DNA of 20,000 bases from an uncultured Candidatus Sumerlaeota bacterium (GCA_964389675.1 CAYMEV010000018.1:59564-79563), one strand, 5' to 3'; numbered from the stretch's first letter, positions 1-9,052 are shown. Notes: generated by a model not told the origin, from the sequence alone. A program made the numbers and translations.

Positions 1-438
1 TTCTCGCAGAAAGGCAGGGGTGCATACCTCACTGAAAACGGGAAAAGGCAGAGGCTTTCCCTTGAGAATAAGGACATCAGCTGTCCGGGCCTTACAGCAA
101 TACACTCCCGCAACCATCAGAACAGCCTGTTGTTTAAAATGCTGGACAGGCTTAAAATAGAAAAACGAATAGCAAGAGGCAGTGTCGGGAACAAAATAGC
201 CTCCATACTGTTCAGGGAGGCTGATATATATATACACCCTTCAAAATTTACCAAATGGTGGGATTCAGCTGCAGGCGAAATAATACTCAGGGAAGCAGGC
301 GGGACTTTTACTGACATGTTTAACAGAAGGATCGATTACACCGGCCGGAATGTTTATAATGAAAGTGGAATTGCAGCCAGCAATTTTTCAGATCATTTAT
401 TCCTTGACGACCTGTCAGAATTACTGCAGTCATTTTGA
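1..438 (+). CDS. cysQ: 3'(2'),5'-bisphosphate nucleotidase CysQ / inositol monophosphatase family protein, 5'-truncated by the window edge
   Basis: Frame is open from base 1 (FSQKGRGAYL...HSRNHQ...) into the listed ORF 130..438. It carries IMPase/CysQ motifs KGxGA, SRxH, GSxGxK and WDSAAGEIILREAGG. Confidence 0.75.
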   Translation, partial: FSQKGRGAYLTENGKRQRLSLENKDISCPGLTAIHSRNHQNSLLFKMLDRLKIEKRIARGSVGNKIASILFREADIYIHPSKFTKWWDSAAGEIILREAGGTFTDMFNRRIDYTGRNVYNESGIAASNFSDHLFLDDLSELLQSF

Positions 439-469
439 TATGGCATTCCGGAAATGAAAGGTTTTTTGT

Positions 470-2050
470 TTGGATTATAAAGAAACAATACTACTGGTTG
501 ATGATGAAAAAGATATCAGGGATACCCTTTCTGAAATACTGCTGATGAAAGGCTATAAATCCATAGCCTGTTCGAACGGACACGAAGCGGTTGAAAAATT
601 CAAGGATAAAAGCAATAATATAGGCATAGTAATAACTGATATTAATATGCCCAAAATAAGCGGACTGGAGCTGTTAAAGATCCTTAACGGGATTGATGAC
701 ACGATAATAGCCATAATAATCACTGCATATGCAACCAGGGATGCAGCTATCGAAGCACTTAAATACGGTGCATATGATTTTATAAAAAAGCCTTTCAATA
801 TTGTTGAGCTGACTTTGATCCTCAAGAGAGCTGTTGAGAAGAGACAGCTCATACTCCAGAATACAGAGTATCAGAAGCACCTTGAGGACATGGTAAAGAT
901 AAGGACCCAGCAGATAGAAGAGCTTAACCTCTACCTGGGCGACCTTAATAAGCTGGGTATTGAAAACAGGAAGGACATACTCCTTTCTTCAAAGCTGATG
1001 AACGTCAACAGTTTTATAAGGGCAAATTTCAATGCAGACAGCTATGCATTGTTAGTATATGACAGGAGCAATGATAAATTCACCACTTATCTGCATAATA
1101 TTGAAGATGAAAACCTGAAGCTTGATTTTGATAATGAGGCACAGGAAAAATTCCTTGAAATGCTTAACATAAACATCTCATCATCACTCCTGGTCTATAA
1201 TGAATCTGATCCTGAAATAGAGAACAGCAGGATATTCGCCTTTGATAAAAAAATCTATATTTTCCCTTTCAGCAAGGACATATATACCGGGTGCGTCTAT
1301 CTTGGCTTTTATAAGACAAAGCCAAAACTGGAGATTGACACTATGCTGAAACCCATGCTCAGGGAGCTTGAATCAGCACTTGAGAACAATTACCTGGTTC
1401 AGAAGCACAATGAGGAGCTTAAAAGAATGTTCCTCTCCTCTGTCCAGACTCATGCACACACCATAGAGGCCAAGGACCCCTATACAAAAGGGCACTGCAA
1501 CAGGGTCGAGATATACTCACAGCTTATAGCGATAGAGCTGAACATGTCAGAAGAAGAAAGGTTTGAACTGCAGATCGCATGCCTGCTTCACGATATAGGC
1601 AAGATAGGGGTAAGTGAGAGGATACTGTCCAAACCCTCAAAGCTGACCGAGGAAGAGATGGATCAGATGAAGCTTCATCCAGTTATCGGGGGAGAAATAG
1701 TCAAGGACCTTTATGGCTTCAATATTGCACCTATAATTAAGCATCACCATGAAAGGTATGACGGCAGGGGTTATCCTGAAGGCCTTGCCGGTGAGAATAT
1801 CCCTCTTGGTGCAAGGATAATAGCCGTAGCTGATACATTTGATGCAATGACATCAGACAGGCCTTACAGAAAGAGCCTTTCAAAGGATATCGCAGTAAAT
1901 GAACTGATCATATTCAAAGGAAAGCAGTTCGACCCCTTTATCGTCGATGCTTTTCTCAAAAACCCGGAAAAGATCGAAAAACTTCACAATAACCTTAAGA
2001 AAATGAGATTCAATCAGCTGACTTCACTGATAACATGCTCGGAAATCTGA
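470..2050 (+). CDS. Response regulator: N-terminal receiver, degenerate GAF-like middle region, C-terminal HD-GYP domain (putative cyclic di-nucleotide phosphodiesterase)
   Basis: REC motifs are intact (LVDDE, ITDINMP, IITAY, KKPF). HD-GYP motifs present: KDPYTKGHCNRV, LLHDIGKIG, HHHERYDGRGYP, IAVADTFDAMTSDRPYR. TTG start. Confidence 0.92.
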   Translation: MDYKETILLVDDEKDIRDTLSEILLMKGYKSIACSNGHEAVEKFKDKSNNIGIVITDINMPKISGLELLKILNGIDDTIIAIIITAYATRDAAIEALKYGAYDFIKKPFNIVELTLILKRAVEKRQLILQNTEYQKHLEDMVKIRTQQIEELNLYLGDLNKLGIENRKDILLSSKLMNVNSFIRANFNADSYALLVYDRSNDKFTTYLHNIEDENLKLDFDNEAQEKFLEMLNINISSSLLVYNESDPEIENSRIFAFDKKIYIFPFSKDIYTGCVYLGFYKTKPKLEIDTMLKPMLRELESALENNYLVQKHNEELKRMFLSSVQTHAHTIEAKDPYTKGHCNRVEIYSQLIAIELNMSEEERFELQIACLLHDIGKIGVSERILSKPSKLTEEEMDQMKLHPVIGGEIVKDLYGFNIAPIIKHHHERYDGRGYPEGLAGENIPLGARIIAVADTFDAMTSDRPYRKSLSKDIAVNELIIFKGKQFDPFIVDAFLKNPEKIEKLHNNLKKMRFNQLTSLITCSEI

Positions 2051-2152
2051 TCTGCCCGGATGATCAATGACCGGATAAAACAGCCTGCAGATTCTGCTAA
2101 ATTATCGCAAAAGCATTCTATATATAAAGGATAAAGAGAAAGGAGGATAAAA

Positions 2153-2617
2153 ATGCTCAAAGAAGGGACTAAAGCACCTGATTTCAAATTGATGGGTCAT
2201 GATGGGGAAGACATCTCCCTTAAAGATTTTTCAGGCAGGAAGGTCGTTCTCTATTTTTACCCCAAGGATAATACACCGGGCTGCACAAAAGAGGCATGCA
2301 GCATAAGGGATGTTTATGATGATATACTTGATGCCGGGGCCGTGGTCCTTGGGATAAGCAAGGACAAGCCTGATTCGCATGTTAAATTCAGAAGGAAGTT
2401 CAGCCTTCCCTTTTACCTGCTGAGCGATCCTGAAGCCAAGGTCATTGAAGCATACCAGGCATGGAAGAAAAAGACCATGTTCGGAAAAAGCTTCATGGGT
2501 ATCCTGCGGTGCACATATATAATTGATGAAGAAGGGATAATCATAAAAAGCTTTCCCAAAGTCAGGCCGGATGAACATGGCAGAGAGATACTTGAATTTT
2601 TGAAAAGCAGTCTGTGA
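2153..2617 (+). CDS. bcp: Thioredoxin-dependent thiol peroxidase (BCP/PrxQ peroxiredoxin)
   Basis: APDF and FYPKDNTPGCTKEAC (PxxxTxxC with CxxxxC resolving Cys). Strong AAGGAGG RBS just upstream. Confidence 0.95.
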   Translation: MLKEGTKAPDFKLMGHDGEDISLKDFSGRKVVLYFYPKDNTPGCTKEACSIRDVYDDILDAGAVVLGISKDKPDSHVKFRRKFSLPFYLLSDPEAKVIEAYQAWKKKTMFGKSFMGILRCTYIIDEEGIIIKSFPKVRPDEHGREILEFLKSSL

Positions 2618-2685
2618 CAGCAGGGCATAAACTGGATAAAGGGTATATCTTCAGCCGTCAAACCCAGGCAGTATCAATCATAAAA

Positions 2686-3537
2686 TCAGGACTGATACCA
2701 GATAAGCCAGCCCTTCCTGAGCCAGGACCTGCTGAGATTGATCCTGTAGCCATCTCCTGCCAGTTTTCTGGCTGAAGCCTCAAACCACTGGCGCCTGCCC
2801 CAGATGTCATGAACCCTTGTGCTTAAAGCGGACTTTTCCCATGCACTCAGGAAATCACCTGCTGATTCACCCCTGACTGCCCTGTGTATATGATTCTTCG
2901 GCAATACAGACCTGAAATCGGAAGGATTAAAGCCCTGCACAAAGTTTGTGCTGAAGATAACAGCTTCATATTTCCATCCCCCTTCCTTTCTTCTCCTCAT
3001 AAGATTAGCTGACCATATGCGCCCGAGCGGATCTGAAGTACCCTCAATCAGCAGGCCTCCCGGAAGGACCGGTTCAGCCATAAGTGCATATGCATCCCGG
3101 ACAAGGCACTCATCATACTGCCTTAGAACATTAAAGGCCCTTATCATCCGTACCCTTTCATAAGTGCCGTCTTCCCCAGGCCTAAGCGGGACATTGAAAC
3201 CTCCCAGGCGGAACTCTACATACTGATCTGCATAGGCAAGGGCTGATCTTACCCTCTCATGACTGATCTCCACCCCTATTATGCGAAGCCTGCTGTTCAG
3301 CCTCCTGAGCCTGCATGATGTCTCCACAGTGGTTTTGGGAGAATCCCCATACCCCAGGTCAATAAAGCAGGACCCTCCAAAAACCCCGTCTTCCCTCATT
3401 ATAAGCCCTGGATCATATCTGCAGAGAAAGTGATCCACCCTTCTTAATCTGTTTACGGCAGTCTTACCCCTCGTAATACCCCCGGCAGGCCTTCCGGGCC
3501 TGCCTGTCCCCACCTTTTTTATCCTTTTCTTATCCAC
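2686..3537 (-). CDS. Putative class I SAM-dependent methyltransferase-like protein of unknown substrate
   Basis: Motif-I-like IDLGYGDSP, acidic residue after strand 2 (IIGVEIS), and RAFNVLRQY and PGGLLIEG segments. GTG start is uncertain. Confidence 0.65.
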   Translation of the reverse strand: MDKKRIKKVGTGRPGRPAGGITRGKTAVNRLRRVDHFLCRYDPGLIMREDGVFGGSCFIDLGYGDSPKTTVETSCRLRRLNSRLRIIGVEISHERVRSALAYADQYVEFRLGGFNVPLRPGEDGTYERVRMIRAFNVLRQYDECLVRDAYALMAEPVLPGGLLIEGTSDPLGRIWSANLMRRRKEGGWKYEAVIFSTNFVQGFNPSDFRSVLPKNHIHRAVRGESAGDFLSAWEKSALSTRVHDIWGRRQWFEASARKLAGDGYRINLSRSWLRKGWLIWYQS

Positions 3538-3674
3538 AGCAATTCTCTTTATCAGCCGGTATTTTGGTCTGAGGATGCTAAACGCTTATCCAGGAGAAAT
3601 AGATATTAAGGATTTCTGTCTTTTATTCAAGATTTAAATCAGGTATGGCATACAGCTTTAATGGAGGCGGGAAT

Positions 3675-5978
3675 TCAGTCTTCAGTGCCGAGATTGATCA
3701 TCTTGTGGTCCCTGAGATAATCCTTGAAGGATACCTTCTTAAGGTTTGAAAGCCTCTCTACAATATCCTTCATCTTTCCGAGGCTTGAGAGGATTCTTTC
3801 TACATATTCCATGTTCTGCGGAGCTGTCATCTTTATCAGTTCGGCATTTATGCTGGCCGTTGTAAGAGGGTTGTTCAGTTCATGGGATATGCTCGCTATC
3901 ATGGCTTTTACAGTCTCAATCTTTTCTATTTCCAGTATATGCTGTTTAAGCAGGCTGTTCTCAAGGCTGTGTATCATTCTTAGCTCCAGCTCTTCAAGCT
4001 TGAATGGAACAAACATGATATCGTCGATACCTGACCCGAATATCTCTCTTGAAATATTCTTTGAGCTGCACATGAGTATGATCGGGCAGTCCTTCTTCTC
4101 CTTGATGGCTTTAATAAGCTCTATGTTTTTCGGATTGTCCTCCACAATACCATAATCAAGAAGTATTATATTCGGGTCATAGGCCTGTGTCTTCTCAATA
4201 ATATCAGATATCAGATAAACCTCTGATACATCAAATCCGATCAGCTTCACATAGTCCTTTATAAGCTTGAAATACTCAGTATCCTTCTTGAAGAAGACAA
4301 GCACCCTGTTCTGGTCCTTTTCGATATAGGTCCTGAACTTGGGTTCAAATTTATAAACAAGGTTGACCGTTTCCTCAGAGCTTACAGATGCCAGGCTCTG
4401 TGAGAACAATATGGACATTTTGCCCTTCCTGTCCCTTTGCCTTGAAAAAGAGATCTTATTCCTCAGCATATCTGAATAGGACTTGACATCGAGCATGACC
4501 TTCTCATCAAGAAAATCGTTTAAGGACCTTTCCTCCAGAAAAATAGGGCCATTGACATACTCTATATCAAGGGCGAATTTCCTTTCATCAAGCTTCAGGG
4601 TTATCTCAGCGCCATCTTCAAGAATATCAACAATATTATATAAAATCTCTGATATAACCTCTTTTATATAGCTGAAATCTCCCTTTATATACAGCTTCTT
4701 ATTTGCAGGCCTTTTGAAGAACACCTTTATATCCTTAAGGTATGCATACGGGAAAATATTTTTGTATATCTCTGATACCAGGCTGGTAATATTTATATCA
4801 TAAGATTCAAATACCGGTGCATCCAGAGCAGGAAGTTCAGCCTTTATAAGCTCAGAGATTATGTTTTTCAGCTCATTGTGCATTGTGCCCAGCAATGTAT
4901 GAAGATCGCTGTTATTTTGGACCGTTTCGGTCTCCAGGAGATCTGCTATGCCCTGAAGGGGATCATCAAGGCCCTCTTTCAGGTGGCTGAGGAGGCGGTT
5001 CTTATAAAGCTCGAAATTCTTGCTCACCTTATCCCTGTAGTACCTGTCTTTCTGCTTGATTGTCTTTGTATAATAATTTGAATTGTTTATGGCAATGGCC
5101 GCAATACTGGCTATTGATTCAAAGAACCCGATGTCTTCCTTATTGAACACACCTGCTTTTTCACGATGGTCCAGATATATAATGCCCAGTATATTGTCCT
5201 TTGACTTGACCGGTGATGCAAGAACTGACCTTATCCTTGAGGCAATGACGGACTCACTGTCTATGGTCTTGTCGATCATTGCATCTTCAATAAGTATGGT
5301 TTTCTTTTCAGCCTGTACTTTTTCAATAATGACACGGCTCATTGAAAAGCTGGTCTTTGTCTGAATCTCTCTTTCTATCTTATGGGCAGTAAGGGGCATA
5401 AGTATGTCCTCCGGCAGTTTGTTAATAAGGATTGCACCCCTTTCAGAACCCATGATCTCCATGACCTTGTTCAGCAGCTTATCAAGAATATCCTCAAGAT
5501 CCCAGCTTGAATTTATTATACCTATAAACTGGTATATGCTGTTGAGTTTCTTTATGATATCAAGCACTTCCTCCCTGAGTATATTGAAATCCCTGCATGA
5601 CTGGTCTTTTGTAATTGCATCAAGATGCTCTCTTAAATTCAGGGTTATAAGGTCTGTATGCGTTTCAACCCCTGAATTCTCAATAATGGGAGGATTATCC
5701 AGCACATCAAAAACATATCTTCCAACCTCGACAATGTCTCCGTTTTTAAGCTTCGCTTTTTTGTTGATCCGTATATCATTCACATATACGCCGTTTTTGC
5801 TTTCCAGGTCACTGATGATCAGGTTTCCATTCTCGTTCTGCAGGATTGTATGCTTTCTGGATATCTCAAGGTCATTCAGAATAATATCGCATTCTTTTGA
5901 CCTGCCTATGGAGACAGGCTTGTTCTTTATTTCGTAAATCTTGTTTGAGGATTTTTCATAAATATACATATTATCCAA
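3675..5978 (-). CDS. Multidomain signalling protein: FHA - GAF - degenerate HisKA/HATPase - atypical receiver - C-terminal HisKA (DHp) with no ATPase domain after it
   Basis: FHA motifs IGR, SRKH, SKNG. GAF motifs ERGAIL, IRSVLASPV, GIIYLD, F..EDI. N-box-like GDFSYIKEVISEILYN. REC-like PNIILLD...CPIILM...GIDDIMFVPF. H-box SISHELNNPL at His699 of 767. Confidence 0.85.
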   Translation of the reverse strand: MDNMYIYEKSSNKIYEIKNKPVSIGRSKECDIILNDLEISRKHTILQNENGNLIISDLESKNGVYVNDIRINKKAKLKNGDIVEVGRYVFDVLDNPPIIENSGVETHTDLITLNLREHLDAITKDQSCRDFNILREEVLDIIKKLNSIYQFIGIINSSWDLEDILDKLLNKVMEIMGSERGAILINKLPEDILMPLTAHKIEREIQTKTSFSMSRVIIEKVQAEKKTILIEDAMIDKTIDSESVIASRIRSVLASPVKSKDNILGIIYLDHREKAGVFNKEDIGFFESIASIAAIAINNSNYYTKTIKQKDRYYRDKVSKNFELYKNRLLSHLKEGLDDPLQGIADLLETETVQNNSDLHTLLGTMHNELKNIISELIKAELPALDAPVFESYDINITSLVSEIYKNIFPYAYLKDIKVFFKRPANKKLYIKGDFSYIKEVISEILYNIVDILEDGAEITLKLDERKFALDIEYVNGPIFLEERSLNDFLDEKVMLDVKSYSDMLRNKISFSRQRDRKGKMSILFSQSLASVSSEETVNLVYKFEPKFRTYIEKDQNRVLVFFKKDTEYFKLIKDYVKLIGFDVSEVYLISDIIEKTQAYDPNIILLDYGIVEDNPKNIELIKAIKEKKDCPIILMCSSKNISREIFGSGIDDIMFVPFKLEELELRMIHSLENSLLKQHILEIEKIETVKAMIASISHELNNPLTTASINAELIKMTAPQNMEYVERILSSLGKMKDIVERLSNLKKVSFKDYLRDHKMINLGTED

Positions 5979-6693
5979 TCACTTCTCTTATTTTTTTTAC
6001 CAGGGCCTGTTCACTTACCGGTTTTATAAGATAGCTGTCCACACCAAGGCGGACAGCCTTCAGTATATTTTCATAATCATTTTCTGCATCAAGTATGATA
6101 AATGGTATCCTTTTATATTCCTCATTGTTTTTTATTATCCTTAAAAGACTTAGACTGTCGTGCTTTCGGCTGTTATTGCTGTATAATATCATATCTGCCG
6201 CTTCCTTTCTGAGCCTGGTGAGGGCATCTAAACCGTCAAGCCCTGTATTGGCGTTGAATCCCACTTTATTAAGCATATCTGCAAGCTGGTTTCTCAAAGC
6301 TGTATTATGCTCTATAAGAAGTATGTTTTTCCTTTTTAACCTGCTTTTATCAGCCGGACAGCTATATTGCCTGAGTTTGATACCTATTCCCTTATTCTCC
6401 AGCTGGAGCTTTATATCCAGGGCATATCTCCTGTCTATACGTGAACACAGCTTAAAAGGCAATTCATCAGGCATCTCTGGACCCTGCAAGGATACAGCTG
6501 AATAAGGCCATTTGGCATAGTTTTTCACAGATTCACTCAGTATAAATGGGTCCTTACAGCTGACAACCAGAATATCAACTGGCTCAGCAATAAAAATTAC
6601 AGGGCTTCCGCATTCAGGGCATTTTGTGATATTATTCGCTATATCGCTTTCCCCGGTACTGAAACTGCATTCAATACAAACATAAATTCCCAT
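5971..6693 (-). CDS. Zn-ribbon protein with C-terminal aspartate-less (pseudo) receiver domain
   Basis: CIEC...CPEC at the N-terminus. REC fold at aa ~122-240 (NILLIEHN, DGLDAL, ADMILYS, IPFIIL, GVDSYLIKP). Overlaps the downstream gene by 8 nt. Confidence 0.8.
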   Translation of the reverse strand: MGIYVCIECSFSTGESDIANNITKCPECGSPVIFIAEPVDILVVSCKDPFILSESVKNYAKWPYSAVSLQGPEMPDELPFKLCSRIDRRYALDIKLQLENKGIGIKLRQYSCPADKSRLKRKNILLIEHNTALRNQLADMLNKVGFNANTGLDGLDALTRLRKEAADMILYSNNSRKHDSLSLLRIIKNNEEYKRIPFIILDAENDYENILKAVRLGVDSYLIKPVSEQALVKKIREVIG

Positions 6694-6722
6694 TTTAACT
6701 TCTTCCCTAAAGCCTGTTTATA

Positions 6723-6751
6723 AGAATAAATCCTTTCCTTATCTTTGTCAA
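6723..6751 (-). promoter_or_regulatory. sigma70-type promoter for the Zn-ribbon/pseudo-REC and FHA-GAF gene pair
   Basis: Minus strand reads TTGACA (6751-6746), 17 nt, TATTCT (6728-6723), about 30 nt upstream of the ATG at 6693. Confidence 0.7.
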
Positions 6752-6790
6752 TCTATAATTATTCAAAAAAATCAGGGTATCATGTGATAT

Positions 6791-9016
6791 TCAGTCAATA
6801 TCCCGAAGCTTGAAGCTCTGTATGAATTCAGTCTTTTTGAAAAGCTTGGCCAGTATATTATACTGGTAGATGGATGACAGTCTGAATAACAGCGTAATAG
6901 TGCTTGTCTCACCCTCATCCGCATGACTGACGCTCAGCAGGAGAATGTCTTCAAGCCTTTCAAGTGATTTGAGCAGTTTTTCAAGATTGCCTATCCTGTT
7001 TTCTGCAATAATAACTGCGGGAACATCAACATTTTTTTTATAACTGCCCCATTTTAGAGGGATGCATTCATTCGGTTCGGCAATATGCTTGATCCCTTCT
7101 TTATCCAGTCTATGCACATTTAGAAGATTGGACTCCCATACCCCTGTGATATATTCGCCTGGAAGAGGCTTGCATTTTATGCAGAAGGTAAGCTGGCCCT
7201 CTTCTATATCTTCAAGGTTTATTGACTGCTTGTCGAACAGCTTAAAAATGTTCTTGATCTTCCTGGGGATAAGAGACAGGGATTCATTCTCCGCAGCAAC
7301 ATTAAATTCATGAGCGGTATCTATCAGCCTATCAAGCATATAAGGGTCGTCAAGAAGCTTTTTGTATGTCTGGTCAGAATCATTCAGCCCTAATTTCTCC
7401 TCAGCCAGCTCCCAGAATCCTTCATTAAAAAGCACATCATCATTTATCCTGTTCAACTTCAGTTTTGTGGCAAGCTTCTCCCTTCCTTTGCTGACCAGCT
7501 GCATATAATCCTGCCTGTTAAACTGATGGACCAGTATATCCCTGGTAATACTCAGCTCAACCTCATCGATCCAGTCTTTCCTGATCACCAGCTCAGATTC
7601 CAGGGCTTTTATATCCGCCTTGTCATTATTTGACAGCCTGCTTGAGAGCTCTACCTCCCTTCCATTGACATAAGCTGTCATTTCAGGTATCTGATCATTA
7701 ATGCCAAGGTCATTCATTAAAACAAAAAGGTCAAGCACGGTAGAGTTCATCGGGATGATCAGGCTCTGGTTTTCACCTATGAATACGAGTATCTGGGGAG
7801 AGGATACAATATCTTCAAAAATCTTGTAGAATTCCTTTGTAGGCCTGATTGTCTGGACTTCCTTCAAAATCTTTGAAAAGCTGAGGAAAGAACCAAGTAT
7901 ATCCTTCTTTTTCTTTTTTATATTTATTGAAAAATCAGCCTTTTCCTGGATGCTTCTAAGCCTCAGGGCATTCTCCTCTTCACACCTGAATCCAATATTC
8001 ACCGTTCCGTAAGTATCTCCGATCTGAATGAAATGATCGAACATCTCATTTTCCCAGAAAGGGAACATTGGATTGGGCATATTCTGAAAGTGGTTTGTCA
8101 ATATGCCAAGTACCTTACCTATTTCTATCTTGCTTTCCACAGTTATGACAACATTAAGCTCCCTTACGATCTCTGACAGGATCAGCTCATCGAGGACTAT
8201 CGAATCATACTCTATATCCTCAGCCTTATCCTTCCTGAGATATTTCTTTAAAACAGAGAAAAGGTTCTTATTCCTCTTTTCAAGCCTGAGGATCTTTGTA
8301 CCGCTCTTTTTCAGCGCTTTGCTGAGGGTAATCTTAAAGTCCCTGTACTGGCTTTCTATATTTCCCACATGCCTGTCGACCAGGGCATCAAGCTGTCTGT
8401 ATATATCACGGTTCAGATAATAGAGGCAAAGATCCTCCATTTCCCTTGCTGCAAAATAAAGGCCCAGGACCTTGGTAAGAGGAATATACACAGAAAGGGT
8501 TTCAAGCGATATTTCAATTTGTTTTCTCTTAGGCATATTGCCAAGTGTCCTGAGATTATGCATTCTGTCAGCTATCTTTACCAGAATAACCCTTATATCC
8601 CTGGAAGAGTGCAGAAACATCTTCTTCAGGCTTACTTCCTTTCTTTCATCCTTGGTGATCTCAGGAAGCTTCTCCTTTTTTGTGACGCCCTCTACAAGGT
8701 TATAGATCTCATCTCCAAAATCATCCCTGATAGTCTCCCTGAGCTCCTCCCTGCTGGAATCATCAACATCCTCAACCGTATCGTGCAGCAGGGCAGCTGC
8801 TATTGTTGTATTGTCAAGTCCCCACTCTGAAAGTATTATCGCAACACTGAGCGGGTGAAAGAAGTAGGGATTCCGGTCCTTTCTAAACTGGCCTTTGTGG
8901 CAGATATGGGCAAGGTTGTATGCCCTGTAAAGCACCTGCAGGTCGCTGTCAGGAAAGAATCTGGTATAATTGGCTATAATCTTTTCAAATAAATTTATAA
9001 AGGATTCTTTTATCAT
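6791..9016 (-). CDS. Long RelA/SpoT homologue (HD - degenerate SYNTH - TGS - helical - ZFD - ACT/RRM), probably hydrolase-only
   Basis: HD domain: HKGQFRK, PYFFHP, AALLHDTVED, VKIADRMHNLRTL. TGS: PMNSTVLD, AYVNGREVEL. ZFD-like: CIKCKPLPGE..VHR. ACT-like: IIAENRIGNL. Most synthetase motifs are missing. Confidence 0.88.
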   Translation of the reverse strand: MIKESFINLFEKIIANYTRFFPDSDLQVLYRAYNLAHICHKGQFRKDRNPYFFHPLSVAIILSEWGLDNTTIAAALLHDTVEDVDDSSREELRETIRDDFGDEIYNLVEGVTKKEKLPEITKDERKEVSLKKMFLHSSRDIRVILVKIADRMHNLRTLGNMPKRKQIEISLETLSVYIPLTKVLGLYFAAREMEDLCLYYLNRDIYRQLDALVDRHVGNIESQYRDFKITLSKALKKSGTKILRLEKRNKNLFSVLKKYLRKDKAEDIEYDSIVLDELILSEIVRELNVVITVESKIEIGKVLGILTNHFQNMPNPMFPFWENEMFDHFIQIGDTYGTVNIGFRCEEENALRLRSIQEKADFSINIKKKKKDILGSFLSFSKILKEVQTIRPTKEFYKIFEDIVSSPQILVFIGENQSLIIPMNSTVLDLFVLMNDLGINDQIPEMTAYVNGREVELSSRLSNNDKADIKALESELVIRKDWIDEVELSITRDILVHQFNRQDYMQLVSKGREKLATKLKLNRINDDVLFNEGFWELAEEKLGLNDSDQTYKKLLDDPYMLDRLIDTAHEFNVAAENESLSLIPRKIKNIFKLFDKQSINLEDIEEGQLTFCIKCKPLPGEYITGVWESNLLNVHRLDKEGIKHIAEPNECIPLKWGSYKKNVDVPAVIIAENRIGNLEKLLKSLERLEDILLLSVSHADEGETSTITLLFRLSSIYQYNILAKLFKKTEFIQSFKLRDID

Positions 9017-9052
9017 ATTATTTTTTCAGGGCAATCGTTCAGGATGAACCGG

